A stretch of 64,000 nt of DNA from Eledone cirrhosa (GCA_964016885.1 OZ024742.1:91698001-91762000), one strand, 5' to 3'. Counted from the first letter of the stretch, positions 24,987-39,024 are shown. Numbers and translations are program-made. Notes: generated by a model from the sequence alone, not told the origin.

Positions 24987-25660
24987 CTGGATTAATTATT
25001 CTTTATTTACCTTAGTGGCGTACCACACCCCACTTTATACCCACGCTGGGCGGGTATGAATGTGTCCTACACCAGTTAATAGCTTTACGTTGATATACAA
25101 AAGTATGGGCAGTGAAATTTGCCTAATTAAATAGTTAGATATTTAAACTAACTGTCAGACAGGAAACATCAATAAACATTATGCACAGACGTAGAGAAAA
25201 ACAACAAAACATTACAATGTTTCTAAAATTCGCGTTAGAATATTATTTGCTGGCTTTGTACCTAAATTAGAATGTATTATTAAGGGTGGTGCATTGAGAT
25301 TAATTTTCAGAATCGGACAAAATGCTTTGCGGCTTTTACCGTCCTTGTGCCAGTGTGAGAAAGAGATATAATTAATGTCACTCCAACATTCCCACCCAAA
25401 CGAAATTGTGTCTTGTATCTCATATTCATGAGATCAATAATCTAGATTAATTATTCGTTATTTACCTTAGCAGTGCACCACATCCCATGGTATACCGATG
25501 CTATTTGGGTATCAATGTGTCCAGTCCCAGTCACGATCTTTATGTTGATGTAATATGGGCTGTGATGTTTCCCTAATTAAACAGTTAGATAATTAAATCG
25601 TCTACCAGACAGGAAACATCAACAAACATTATGCACAGACTTTGATAAAAACAGAAAATT
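24987..25660. repeat. Diverged tandem duplication of an about 200-bp unit (third, weaker copy at about 28190-28355)
   Basis: Both units begin GATTAATTATTC.TTATTTACCTTAG and end CAGACAGGAAACATCAA.AAACATTATGCACAGAC. Confidence 0.8.
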
Positions 25661-26129
25661 TCTCAAACAGAAGTTAACTTTATTTCTTTTTTCTGGTTTA
25701 ATTGATTCTTTTCTAATTAATCTATTAAGTAGACTAACGTTAAATTAGTTCTTGTCTAATTAACCTATTAAATATGTAAATTGTACTGTTTGCATTGTAG
25801 ATGATTGCTTTGTTTTTACTTCATTAACACACTAAAAAAACTCGTACAGAAATAGGGGGAGGCAAGACAGAATAGTGCAGACAATTAAATCAACATTACT
25901 GGGAGACTTTGCGTTGACACTCGATCTGCTAGAAAGAGCAGTCAAACCTCTCCCAAATAACCCGCTAGAGTCTCTTACAAAAAGAAACATTCAATAATGC
26001 ATTTCTAGGATACATTATGTTTGATTGTAGATACAAACCGACAACTTTCCCCATCTGATGAGGGGATCTCCCACCCACTTTGGGGTGGATGAGAAAATGG
26101 GTATAGCTTTCATTATGTAAAATCTTCCC

Positions 26130-26314
26130 GGTGGATTGGCAGTATCGGTAGAGGGTCGGACGCCATGCTTTCCAGCATAGTTACGTCCCTTTACGATCTG
26201 AGTTCAAATCCCGCCGAGGTTGACTTTGCCTGTCATCTTTACGGGGTAGATAAAATAAAGTACCAGTAATGCCCTGGATAATTGCTGGCCTTGTGCCTAA
26301 AATAGAAACAATTA
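26130..26314 (+). mobile_element. SINE family A with 18-bp TSD
   Basis: Flanked by ATTATGTAAAATCTTCCC on both sides. Confidence 0.92.
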
Positions 26315-26763
26315 TGTAAAATCTTCCCATTTCACCTAATTTCTCCTTGTTTTGGGGTACTTTTTTTCATAGTACTCCCCTGTTTCGATTTTTAGAAGTT
26401 GGCAATCATAATTGTATGTAAAAGCATTTAAATCCTGTTCCAAATATCAGTTTAATGATGAGAAAATTAGGTGAATTACTAAATCAAGGCAAAGGCTTGA
26501 ATATTTCCAAAATTATTGAAAAGTATTGTTGCTTTCCTTTAGAAATATAGTAACAAAAGGTGTAAATTTTTAGGGCAGAAACTTGGCAAAGTCGTTATTG
26601 CTGTATTTGAATTGTGTTGAAGTTACCTTTACCTTCCATAATTTCGATATCTCTAAATAAACTAACGCAGTCAACTGCTGGGGTATATTTGTCTGCCTTT
26701 CTCTCTCCCCTTCTACACCATCTCTCTCTCTTTCTCTCTTTATCTCTTTAAATTCTTCTATGA

Positions 26764-27239
26764 TAGTTTTACCAAAACCGTGCGCCGCAAATGACTAAGA
26801 TTAAGATTTAAGATGTGAAAAATACAAACTGAAATTCGAATGAAATTTTATATACAGCTGTCAAAGTGGCAAACAAGTAATGTTTAGTAAAAAGATTCGC
26901 GAAAAATAGCTCAATCTGTCAACTCTGTTACGAATGAGAGGTGGTTTATGCTTTCAGTTTATTTTGGCTAATTATGTTACATGTATTATTGTTTTTTGTT
27001 TTAAATTTCATAAGAATCTGTATTACATGGAAAAGAGTCTAAGCTTTGCTCCTTTACCAGACGAAGTGCTGGGTTCACCATACGCTCGTTTCATCCCCGA
27101 AAATCCAGTGCTTCTTTCGATTAAAAACAAAAGAAAATAACAGCTAGGGGGCGGGAAGGTTGTTGGTAGAAAGTTCGCCAGCATATTTTTACTTTTTCTT
27201 ACAAATGTGCCGTAAGTAAAACAAATTTGGGAACCACTG
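26764..27239 (-). mobile_element. Non-autonomous hAT-Charlie-like DNA transposon
   Basis: Right end reads CAGTGGTTCCCAAA on the minus strand; left end is a decayed TAGTTTTACCAAAACCGTGCGCCGC; flanks TTCTATGA and TTCTAAGT resemble a Charlie NTCTAGAN TSD. Confidence 0.6.
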
Positions 27240-27509
27240 TTCTAAGTGAATGGCTTGTGGGTGACAGCACACAATATTCCTTTCTCTCAATATAGAATGA
27301 GTTGAGCAAAGAACTATCAATAATCTCTTCTCAGAGAATAAAAACAAACTGATATACTTTTGAAATCGTCCAAGAACGGATCGATGTTCCGTACAGCACG
27401 GAATGGAACAATACATAAAAGACTTCCAGTTTTGAAGTCAAATCGTAGTGGATACTTATTTTTCCTTACACACACATCTCACCGGAGAATTTGATATAAA
27501 TGTTCATTT

Positions 27510-27945
27510 GCTAAAATGAGAAATTAAAATAGTATTTTAATTTCACGAGTGATGGGAGGCAGGAGGCTGAATTAAATGCAAGAATTACAGGAGCTGGTGC
27601 AGTAATGCGCCAGCTTCAGCATTCAATAATCAGAAGAAGGGAGGTAGGTAAAAAAATCAAATTCGCTATCTTCAATTCGGTGTCCGTGCCAACACTTACT
27701 TATGGTCATATATCTTGGGGAAAGAATACAAGCGGCCAAAATGGGGGTTCTACCGAATGGTCTTTGGAATAATATTACCGGATAGAGTGCATAGTTTGGA
27801 GATCAGAGAGTCGCTCCAGGTAGAGCCGTTACTTCTCCGAATTGAGATATCACAGCTCTGATATTATAAGTATGCGGGTAAAATATCTCAGGAAAGAATT
27901 GCTGGACTGATTTTACGGGCAAAACCAGCCGACAGGAGACCCATG
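27510..27945 (+). mobile_element. Rex3/Expander-like RTE LINE fragment
   Basis: SDGRQEAELNARITGAGAVMRQLQHSIIRRREVGKKIKFAIFNSVSVPTLTYGH. Confidence 0.8.
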
Positions 27946-28949
27946 TAAATAGCTTAGTATTACGTAATTCTTTAGCCAAATCAACGTAACAGAATATGCG
28001 ATAAGACTGGACCTTTGAATTACTTATACTTTCTATCCGACGAGCTTCTATGCATTTTCCGTCTATTCATTTTCCCTCGCGATGCCTTGGTCGATGCGAG
28101 GTTATGGTAAAGACACTTGTCCAAGAGATCACGCAGCTGAATCGAACCCTGGACCTTATAATTGTGTAGTAAACTTCTCAACCATAAATAAGTTAATTAT
28201 TACGTATCTCAATACTGCATTACAATGTATCTACCCACGTAGGGTGGGACTGAATGAAATATATTATACTTTGTCTTATGCAGTTGATGAATGAACTTTG
28301 AAGTTTCATTAATTAAAAAAACAGACACAGAGACAGGAAACATGAATAAACATGATGTAAAGGTGTAGTTAAGAACTATTTAAATTTTTTCTCAAAACAT
28401 CGCTGTTAATGCTTTCTTAAACATGCTAATCGCATTGTATATAAAATAATTGTTAATGATATTCTAAAACGAAACAGTGAAACAAATGAAAACTAGCGAA
28501 AGAAATAGAAAAATTACTCGAAGAAATCACATAAAAGAAAGGGGATAAACTGAAAAAGACAATGCAATGAGATTTTGGTACGAGGCTAGCCGAATCAATT
28601 GACTTGAATCTGTCCTGGCCGCGCTTGTATAATATGTGTGTCACGAGCGTAAAACATGCTAATAATAATGATGCCTTTATCTATTACAAGGCGATGCAAC
28701 TACAAATTATTTAAATTCACCAGCAAAGAAAAAACACTTCGAGGTGTACAGAAGGTATAATACGAAAGTCACTATCTTCAGATAAATTTATTCATATAAA
28801 CGTATAACTGCATAATATAAACACCCATTTACACATCTGGAGACATAGTAACACACACACACACACGCACATACACACAGATATATATATATATATATAT
28901 ATATGCAAAACATTGAAAAACGAATTATATGCATATATTTTTTTATATA

Positions 28950-29028
28950 AAATAAACACATAAAATCCCTAAAACTGGTGTACTGATACACGAGAAAGCT
29001 CAGGCCTCTAAAACAATATGCCCCCCCC

Positions 29029-29069
<41 letters not shown>

Positions 29070-29195
29070 TCCCCAAATATAACAATATATATATATGCAT
29101 ATATTTTTATATAAAACAAACATATAAAGTCCTTAAAACTGGTGTACAGATACACGAGAAAGCTCAGGCCTCTAAAACACTATGACACCCCCACA
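28950..29195. repeat. Direct duplication of an about 75-bp unit separated by (TA)n
   Basis: AAAACTGGTGTAC.GATACACGAGAAAGCTCAGGCCTCTAAAACA occurs twice. Confidence 0.8.
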
Positions 29196-30459
29196 CACAC
29201 ACAAAACATAGACACACACTCAGGTATTAAGCTGTCCTTTATTTTTAACCCTTAAGTCAAATTGAAGTTCCAGTATTTTCATCCAAACTATATTCGCTAG
29301 TTCAATACGAGTGGTACTTAAAAAGGTTCATGATGTTTGGGTTGAAAATGTAAAGCTCCCGAAGATACAGTATTCATAATAACTACGGATAGAGTAGAAC
29401 TCTGAACTTTGCTGCATGAGTGAAACATAGTTTCAAAAGTCTTTAATTCGTAGATATTGAAAGAATGTGTGGTGGAATATTTCGTTGCTTTTCTTTCATT
29501 TGAATTTCATTTTAGCCTAAGGGAAAGTATTATGAGTTATAGAATCATAAAACGTTCGATTTAGGAAATAGTATTACCAGCAGATGAACTTGCTAACAGC
29601 TTTACAAGAAGATATAAAATCTAATTAGATATTTCCATATTCCTCTCAGCATATTTCTCAATGAGATTAGCCAGCCAGGTCCTCATTTCCCCTCCGAGAG
29701 ACGCTGCTGAACGAGACGCCAAAAAGTTTAATGAGACCCATGATCTAGAAACAAATGATGGTCTAAATGGACTTTGTTTTGAAGGTATCGAGTTGTGAGC
29801 TCATCTCTGTCCCTTTGTTAATATAAAAAATCATCTACCGAGAACTAAACGAATACTGGATCAAAGAAAGTCAACATCTTTGAAGTACTATTTACATGTT
29901 GTCAAAGATTTCCAATATGTTTTTTTTATTTTATTTATCTCGGCCACCTGGAAGAAGCTACCGTATCCGACCTCTGAAAATGAGTCTGAAATCATCGTTG
30001 ATGAGGAAATCCAAAAAGCTATGTTCAGTCTGTTGAAGGTTTTCAATTAATCGAAGTCAGATCTACGACCCCGCCCTCTCTTCATATGACGTAAATATTG
30101 CCCTTACAGACACCCGCTATATCTTATATTCCAGATTCTGTTATAAGCCTTCTCTCGTTTTGTTGAGCGTTATCAAGAAACGTTGAGATATGTTTAATCG
30201 TCAAATAATTTCTCCATATATTTTGGTAGAAGCAAAAATATTACGTTTGGCTTTATGTATATATTTCGTTAATGAGCTATACTAGACTTCAAATTGCTGT
30301 TTATACATAGCAATTTGCTATACCTCAGCGTAACTCCCTGTCTGTCAATCTAAAATATCTTTAATGATATCATAAAAAAAATTTAATTTCGTTTTAAACC
30401 TCCTCTTAAAGGACGGTTGCTTTGCGATGTTGTTTATGTATGCAAGGAAATCATTTTCC

Positions 30460-31640
30460 TTCATGATGAGGAAAGGTACATATTTGGTGCAAAGGGAGAC
30501 AGAAACCCCAATTTTACATACATCTTCCTTGTGGACGGCCTGAAAGCATATGACAAAAATATAAGCGCATGAAATGTCTTCCGTTGGTTACAACCTTCAT
30601 GAAACATATGAAGATGTTCTGATTTAATAGTAAGCGAGAGCAGTTTACAAGTCAATCTAACAATATTTCTATTAATTACGTGAATATACATCTATCGGAT
30701 GATGAATGAAAATATATCTTCAGATGGAAGTTGTAACAACCAGCATGTAACCAAGAGACATAGCATCTGGATAAAAGAAAATATAGTTTCAAAGTTATCT
30801 GCATAAAATAAATCAATGGTGTATAAATTATTTCCTGTAACAGTGATCATCCCAACATTTGAACTACTTCATGAGAATCTGAATGAGATCCAAACATTTG
30901 ATGTTAAAACTCGAAAACTATTAACCAATACCAGAAATTTCTATATCAACGAAAAAAAAAAGGATGCAGAGGCTTAATGTCGGTTTAAACAGTCATTGAA
31001 AGTCAATTCATATTCCTTCGACATCTATTAATCACCAAGAGTCGAGGCGAAACCATGAATCAAATCATCACACATGAGGCAAACTTCATGAAAGCTGAAG
31101 AAGAGCTCCTCGGAAAGTATTCTCTAGTTGATGACCAAAGATACAGACCCAGAGAATTTGTAAAGCTCTACTGCAATAGAATATTAATTAAAAGGTTTTC
31201 AGCTTCACAGTAAAACGTTATACATGGTTCTGAGGACTAAGTTTCTCAATGAGAGCAACACAGATAAACAAAGTAGTCTATCCTGGAATAACAGCTAATA
31301 CAATAGCTCACACTTTGAGGGGTGTTTTTGTAATTTATGAAAAAGAAATATTAACAAAATACATGATACAGTAAAAGAACAGAGATGGAGGCAAACACGT
31401 AGATGTATCATTTAAGTGACACCCTCTCTCATTAACTGCAACGATTTTGACTACCGTATGCAGCTGATTAAAAATATCACCACGGTACTATCTACTTATA
31501 ATACCTAGTGACTTTGCAACAATAGTAAACAACACAATCTTTAGAAAAGATAGCTCCGATGACAAAAATATAATTTACAGTGTTAGTAGCCATATTTTCC
31601 TATAGTATGAAAGAGATTCTACGAAATACTCTATAAACTG
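30460..31640 (+). mobile_element. Heavily decayed R4/Dong-clade element body
   Basis: SLSWNNS*YNSSHFEG, RYYL and NTIFRKDSSDDK remnants; the last matches [13 protein letters not shown] in the 53.2 kb copy. Confidence 0.6.
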
Positions 31641-32323
31641 CAAGAATAACAGACAAGAAGTTTAGATCTGGGGCGTACATGCATATATATACAGAAAAAA
31701 TATACATACATATGTAAATACAAATATACATACATACATATATACAAACATGTATACATACATCAATCAAGAAAAGATAGCCAAATAAGCACAACGGGAA
31801 AAAGAATTCATGAGACACTCGGACAAACTGAAAACAATGCTTGCTTCTTCAGTCTCCAACCATAGGTTACGTATCACCCGTTTTACTCACAAAACCTCAA
31901 TTACTTCGAGGATATAGCAGAAGACACTTGCTGAAGGCACCTAAAATCACGTATTGCAAAGCGAACTTCCTCACCAACACAACCATTGATGCTCCTATAT
32001 ATATTATTTTACTATGCTCCTGATATTTTAAAGTCTGTCGTGATCCCGGAAGGTCATCAAGCCGATACTTATGCCGGTTTCCGTGGCGTGAAGCAACTGT
32101 GAGTTTAAGACTCTTACCTGGACGCCAGTCTATCGCAGAGCTAAACCCGCGGCTTCTAATTGTACTCATTTTCAGCTGAGTATACTGAATGAAGTGTTTT
32201 GCTCAAGAACACAACACAAAACCCAATCCAGGAATTGAAACCATGTCATTATGATCGTAAGTCAAATACCCTTAACACTAGGCCACGTGTCTCCATGCGC
32301 CTGATATTAACAGACTTTAATTA

Positions 32324-32502
32324 ATTGTTTCTACTTTTGGCACAAAGCTAGCAATTACACAGTACATTACTGGTACTTTATTTTATCGACCCCGTAAGGA
32401 TGAAAGGCAAAGTTAACCTCGGCGGGATTGAACTCAGTCGGTAAAGCGACGTAACAGACTGAGTTCAAATCCCGCCGAGGTTAACTTTGCCTTTCATCTT
32501 TA
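32324..32502 (-). mobile_element. SINE family A with fold-back 5' end and 16-bp TSD
   Basis: TSD ACAGACTTTAATTAAT at 32310-32325 and 32502-32517; inverted duplicate at 32457-32502. Confidence 0.88.
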
Positions 32503-32759
32503 CAGACTTTAATTAATATCTAAGAAATATAATGTTTTCTTTCAAAATCTATTTTATTATATCTTTTTAATCATCGTCATCATCAACAAGGACTACAACT
32601 GGGGGTGAGTGAAGTGAGAGCGTACACAACACACTTGTGTAGACTTTAAGACAAAGAGTGAATCATATTTACAGCGTGGGATAGAAATATAGTTACTGTC
32701 TCATATATGTGAGCACAGTCTGACGTTGCACTTTTATATGTGCATCTACATCATGTCTC

Positions 32760-32808
<49 letters not shown>

Positions 32809-32878
32809 TAGTGTGTGTAGTGTAAAGTGTTGCTAATGTATTTGTGTGTGACTATGCTATGTAGGTTTAGAAGTATAA

Positions 32879-32930
<52 letters not shown>

Positions 32931-32942
32931 GAGTGTATGTAT

Positions 32943-33020
<78 letters not shown>

Positions 33021-34169
33021 CGTTTGTGCCGGGTAAGGCAGCATACTTTTATGAGTGAGTGTATGGGTGTGTCTGAACTGTTTACTACAGTTTTAATATG
33101 CCCATATGCGTGTATGCGTATAAAATTGCATATAGTTGCCAGTGTGTGTGTATGTGTTTGGGAGAACGTTACATAGGCTTTGCTATTGTAGGTATGTGTG
33201 AACGGAAGGTATAATCTTTGTCTTTCTACCTTTGTTTGCAGTGGCGCATTGCAGTTTGTTGCATCGATATGATTGTGGTAACTTTATGCATGTGAGTAGC
33301 TTTGTTACCTTGCTACTGTTTTCCACGGAGAGTGAAACTGTACAGAAGACCGTCGGACAGATTGAGCCTGTAATTCATAGGGCCAGCCTCATTAACTACT
33401 ATGCCAGAGATGGGAAAACTTTTCATGTTGAAAGGCAGCATTAAGTTAGTTGTAATATAGTAAGACCGCATTCAAGAAGCCATAATTATATATTCTTAAA
33501 ATTTACGAGATTTTGTAAAAATCTAATTACTATGTACTAATTATTTTAAAAACAGAAAAATTTAATTTTAAAGCTTTTAATGACTTTGTTGTGACTGCTT
33601 ATTGTAGGAATGCATTTTGATATTTGGCCTTATAATCTACTAACTTTTTTATTCTGGCTGTCTGTCAGTGGGGATTATTTCGTTGAATTTTCTTTTACTC
33701 TTTGCTATTTAAATTGTGTTCATCTTATGGTGTACATTAAAATGACTAGCAGAAAAACCACGCTTATGCTAGCATGTGTAGTGTGTATATTGATATTATA
33801 CGTCAAATAAAATCGTAATGGACAATATACACAGAAATTGAACGAAGACTGTGTTACACTGTCTTATGTAATCAGTAACGTAATCCATGATTCATTAAAA
33901 AAAGACGATATTATATGTAAACTGCATTAGGAGAAAATTAGTGACAGAAAATTAATATGTTTATTTAAGCGATCGCCACAGGAAGTGTTGACATTTGAAA
34001 AATTTAAAGAAGTGAATCTTTAAATAAATAATAAAATATATTTAATGAACAGCCACGAATTATGTAATATTATTAACAATTATTTATTCAAAGTAATCCA
34101 ACTTATTTTACAAACGGGATAAAAAAAAAACCGTACGCAATCCCGCAGACCTTCCTTTATTATAGTTTA

Positions 34170-34342
34170 GATGGTTTCTAATTTTGGCATAAGGCCAGCA
34201 ATTATCCCATGCATTACTGGTACGTTATTTTATCGACCCCGTAAGGATGAAAGGCAAAGTTAACCTAGGCGGGATTTGAACGTAGACCGTAAAGGGGCGT
34301 AACTCTATGCTGCAAAGTATAGCGTCCGACCCTCTACCGATA
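34170..34342 (-). mobile_element. SINE family A
   Basis: Near-full reverse copy. Confidence 0.88.
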
Positions 34343-36297
34343 GTGTACTTTAAAATAACGAGAGATACACTTAACCTATTAATAAAAATTAATAATTTGT
34401 TGGAAATGTTGGATTCTATCAAAAGTCTCCATTGAAGGACATAGAAGCCGCATGTGGTCTATCTCTACATTATACCATGCTCTAGGTAACATTGTTGCTT
34501 AACCTGCAGTGTATAGCAACCAAATTCTCTGGAAATAGCACTCCGTATTCTTCAATAGACAAATAATATAATGGATAATCTAACCAGGGATATATCCTAC
34601 TAAAGTAACTGTTTCGCTACGAATGGAATATTCTTTAATCATAGGTCGGTTTGATCAGAGTTGACTTGGGGTTAACTAATAAAAAAAATATTAAAAGAAA
34701 ACTTCTCTATCAACAAGGTTTTTTATCATAGCAATCAGTGAAACATTACCAACAATCTGTAAAACAACAGCTTCAATAATCAGCCAACAACAACAACAAC
34801 AACAACAATAATAACAGTCGCAGCTGCACCGATTAGAACAACAACAACAGAAGCAGCAAAAATAACAACCCCCCACCGCAATAATAAAAACAACATCAAC
34901 ATATTTTAATTTTATAACATAAATATATTGTGATTATAATCATTTCAACTTGATTTAATGATGATAGAACTGAGGCTAAACAACAAAATAGTAATAGTAC
35001 TACCAAGTTTTGGCTCAAGGTCAGAAGTTTTGAGGGAAGAGAATGTCAATTAATAATACTCAGTATATGACTGGTACTTTATTTTATCGAGCTCGGAATC
35101 ATGAAAGGCAATTCTGAGCATAGCGAAATTTGAACTCAAAATGCAAAGGGCGCGTACAGCTACTGCAATGTATTTCAGCCGACATTATAACGATTCTACT
35201 AATCCACCACCGTAACAAAACTAGCGCCCGGTTTAATACTCTCACCTGGCCCTGAAAGGCTCACTACGATGCAAGAAAACTGACAAATCCTTTGGTTTGA
35301 GGATAATACCATCCGTTCTATTCCTCGAACCAGCTTTGAAGGTACTGCCTTGTGATTACGTTAAGGGTACGCGTATAATTCAATGAATTCTGAAATACTC
35401 ATGGTCGAATCCACGTATCATTTGTACCTGTGCGCGATCACGCGCGCGCGTGCGTGTGTGTGTGTACAGGAGGGTCGCTGAAACATCCAAGATGCTCTCA
35501 TAGAACAACCGTATATTAAGGTTTATTTGTCAACCTAATCACTGGAAAGAAACAATGCAGTTACTAATAAAAAGAGTTGAAATTAATGCTTGCAAGATTT
35601 GACAGATCTAGCATCAATAATAGTCAGCCTATGAACTTTGCAGCCAACCATCCTACGCGTGTAATGCGCGTGACGGGAAGGTACGTGGTTAAATCGTTAA
35701 TGCCTGTAGTTGTTAACGATCGTAAAGTCAAAAGTTCGATTCATGGCGGCGCATTTTGTTCTTGAACGAGGTATTTTATTTAATTTTGCTCAAACCAAAT
35801 CAGCTGACAAAGATGTATTGTAACTCAGATTCAAAGCATTGTCACACATTATATCACGCTGAATCTCCCTGAGAATTACATTAAGGGTACAGATATATAT
35901 GGAATGCTCCGCCACTTATATATTAATCTCATGAGCAGGAGGTTATATTGATTGAATGTGTTGGGCCATGTAGATGTAATTAAATGTGTTGGTGAAAATA
36001 TTATTTTAATCGAGTGTAGTTGTAGGGCTGTGTGTATTTTTGAGTGTGTGTGTGAGTGAATCTATACACGTGTGCGCATGCACGTCTATAAGTAGCGAGA
36101 ACATGTATATAAGTGTGATTATGTGAGAATGTGTCCGCCTGCATATCTACGTGTGCGAATATTTTTTTTATGAGTGCTTCCGTGTTTGTCATGTATTACA
36201 TCATGTGTATGTGTGTGTATATATGTATCGATGTATGTACGCGTGCAAGATTCAATACAGGTCTGTGTATGGTGTTCTTATCCCTTTCTCTCTCTCT

Positions 36298-36339
<42 letters not shown>

Positions 36340-36359
36340 ATATATATATATATATAAAT

Positions 36360-36401
<42 letters not shown>

Positions 36402-36876
36402 GCGTGTGTGTGCGTGTATATATATATATAAATATGTGTGTGTGTGTAGATTATTACTCACAGCTCTGTGTACATGTACACCTGTGAGAACAAGAGTAAG
36501 ACAAATATATGACTCAATCATTGTTTGTATATTCCTCATTAAAATTGGAGGTGCTACACCCTTTTAAAAGTGTGTATGCATATATGCATACATCTCAAAA
36601 TCTAGTGCATACCGTTTTTTTAAAGTAAATATATAATTATAACCTAGCAATGAAATATATTTGTCTATAGACTGAAAAGTGACCCTTATCTGAGAAAGAA
36701 TAACCGTCTTCTGTCCACAGAGATATTAGTTCATAGTTATTTATATAAACTAGACCTCAGCTAAACTAGTCAGGAACATTGGTATAACAATAATGAGCTA
36801 GCAGCAGGCATTAATTAATTCATTAATAATAAGTTATGCATACTATGTATATATATATGTATGGGTGTGCATGTTT

Positions 36877-36912
<36 letters not shown>

Positions 36913-36917
<5 letters not shown>

Positions 36918-37116
36918 AACCAGTAAGACCCCGACAGCTGAGCTCAAGCCGTTTCGACGGCTAATTCTGGACTAAATTAGTCCAGAATTAGCCGTCGAAA
37001 CGGCTTGAGCTCAGCTGTCGGGGTCTTACTGGTTCCTATTACCCACTCTACTACCTCAAGTATTGAGTACTTTGGTGCGTTATGGTCCACCTGGTTCCTT
37101 ACCACATTTCCTTCGT

Positions 37117-37118
<2 letters not shown>
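36913..37118. mobile_element. Perfect palindromic pLTR-like insert in (TA)n
   Basis: 63-bp arms 36913-36975 and 36977-37039 around a 1-nt centre; about 80-bp one-sided tail; GAAAC in each arm. Confidence 0.8.
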
Positions 37119-37147
<29 letters not shown>

Positions 37148-37217
37148 TATTCTACCTGATTGTGTTGGACTACAATTACGATAAATGTATGCTATCTATG
37201 ACCATAATTACTACTAT

Positions 37218-37630
37218 TATTGGTAGTATTGGTAGAGGGTTGGACGCCATGCTTTGCAGCAAAGAGTTACGGCCCTTTATGGTCTGAGTTCAAATCCCGC
37301 CACGGTTAACTTTGCCTTTCATCCTTTCGGGGTCGATAAAATAAAGTACCAGTAATACACTGGGATAATTGCTGGCCTTGTGCTAAATGTAGAAACAATT
37401 ATTAGTAGTAGTATTACAACTACTATTATTTTTATCATTATTATGACTGACAGTCTGTAGAACGTCGGACACCATGCTTTGTGGCTTAGAGTTGCGGCCC
37501 TTTACGCTCTAAGTTCAAATCCCGACGAGGTTAGCTTTGCCTTTCATCCTTACAGGAGCCACTAACGCACTGGGGTCGATTTAATAGACATTTCCCTCCC
37601 CCAAAATTGCTGGCTTTGTGCCTATAGTAG
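37218..37630 (+). mobile_element. Two SINE family A copies
   Basis: Copies at about 37218-37402 and 37450-37630. Confidence 0.85.
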
Positions 37631-37739
37631 TATGAGTGTTCAAAAAGAAAATCTCCTAATGTTATTCGATTTGGTGAGCTCGCATGTAATTTCAGGTCTG
37701 AAGCAGTTTTTACACAGATGCTTACAGACACTGCATGTC

Positions 37740-38775
37740 AAGTTTTCCAAAATGAGTCCTGAGATAATTCTTTAGCCCAGCATTTAACCTAGTTGAAAGT
37801 TGCAATGAAAACATTGATTGTTTGAAGGAACGGATTTATGTTGAAAATTGTGCTTTCGATTTACATACACTTTCTCTTGACGAATACATTGTTCTTCAAA
37901 GTTAACAAGCTTTATATGACCTTGCTTTCTCCATTTAGTCATGTTATTGTCAACATTTTCCCAACTGTTAATATTCATGTTCAGACGTTTCAAATTGCCC
38001 ACAAGCTTGTCTTTAGAGCGAAGAGAGTCGGCCTACCTTTCTACAAAACTTTTTAAGTTGACCGAATACGACGTTTCTATTTCTGAAATATTGCATTGCG
38101 ATAGCACATCGCTATTTCTCCCTCTATCACCCCATTTCATACCACAGATTTGCCTTAGGCACCTCATATGGTAACTGTTCATTTGATGTTTGTATTTGCA
38201 ATAGGGAGTCCAGTCTTCTGCAATAGAGTTGTTTTAATTGACACATCGTGTGTGTTCCATATTTTACCATAAGATTTACTAAAAGCTGAACTTGCCTTTC
38301 CTATGCATATTTAAGTCTCCTTCTCAGTCTTTGCATCACTAGTTACAGCTGATCCAAGGTAGGTAAAACTACTGAATGGCTTCAGAGGTTTGCCTTCAAC
38401 ATAAATCCGTGACAGAGTTTCGAGATCATTTTCTGGCCTGGGATAAGCATGAGTGCTGACCTGTTTATGTTTGCTATTAGCCCGAAAGTTCTAGCTGGTG
38501 AAGCAAACTTATGAACAATGAACTGCATGTCTCGTACGGAATGTTCAAGTAATACACAGTCATCTGCAAAGAGCAAATTATGTAGCATTTGATACGCCAT
38601 ACTACTTCTTGTTGACAAATACAATAACGTCTGGGAAAGCATACTGAAGTATGACTGAGAAGAATAAGATAAAGAGCACTTGTTCTGTACCATTGTTCAC
38701 CGTTAGAGTATACAAAGGCTTTCATGTCTGTATGTAAGGATATAATGACCTTGAGTATTTGCTCAGGAATGCCTA
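37740..38775 (-). mobile_element. Decayed RTE-BovB-like LINE
   Basis: GIPEQILKVIISLHTDMKA...LLFADDCVLL...FGL; many stops. Confidence 0.85.
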
Positions 38776-38777
38776 AC

Positions 38778-38835
<58 letters not shown>

Positions 38836-38955
38836 CCCGAGTTCAAGAATGAATATTTAATATAGAAATGGCTTCTGCAGGAAAGCGAATAAACCAGTTC
38901 TAGTCCTGTGGAAACCATTTCTATATTAAATAAATATATAGAGAGAGACAGATAG

Positions 38956-38999
<44 letters not shown>

Positions 39000-39024
39000 G
39001 TATATATATATGTATGTATATATA

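Noticed and set aside
26050-26102. CTGATGA followed by a hairpin and GAAA
   Set aside because: Stem II does not close against GAAA and there is no valid stem III or NUH.
29679-29785. AG..GT-bounded open stretch (RDAAERDAKKFNETHDLE)
   Set aside because: No polypyrimidine tract, unrecognised peptide, no partner exons.
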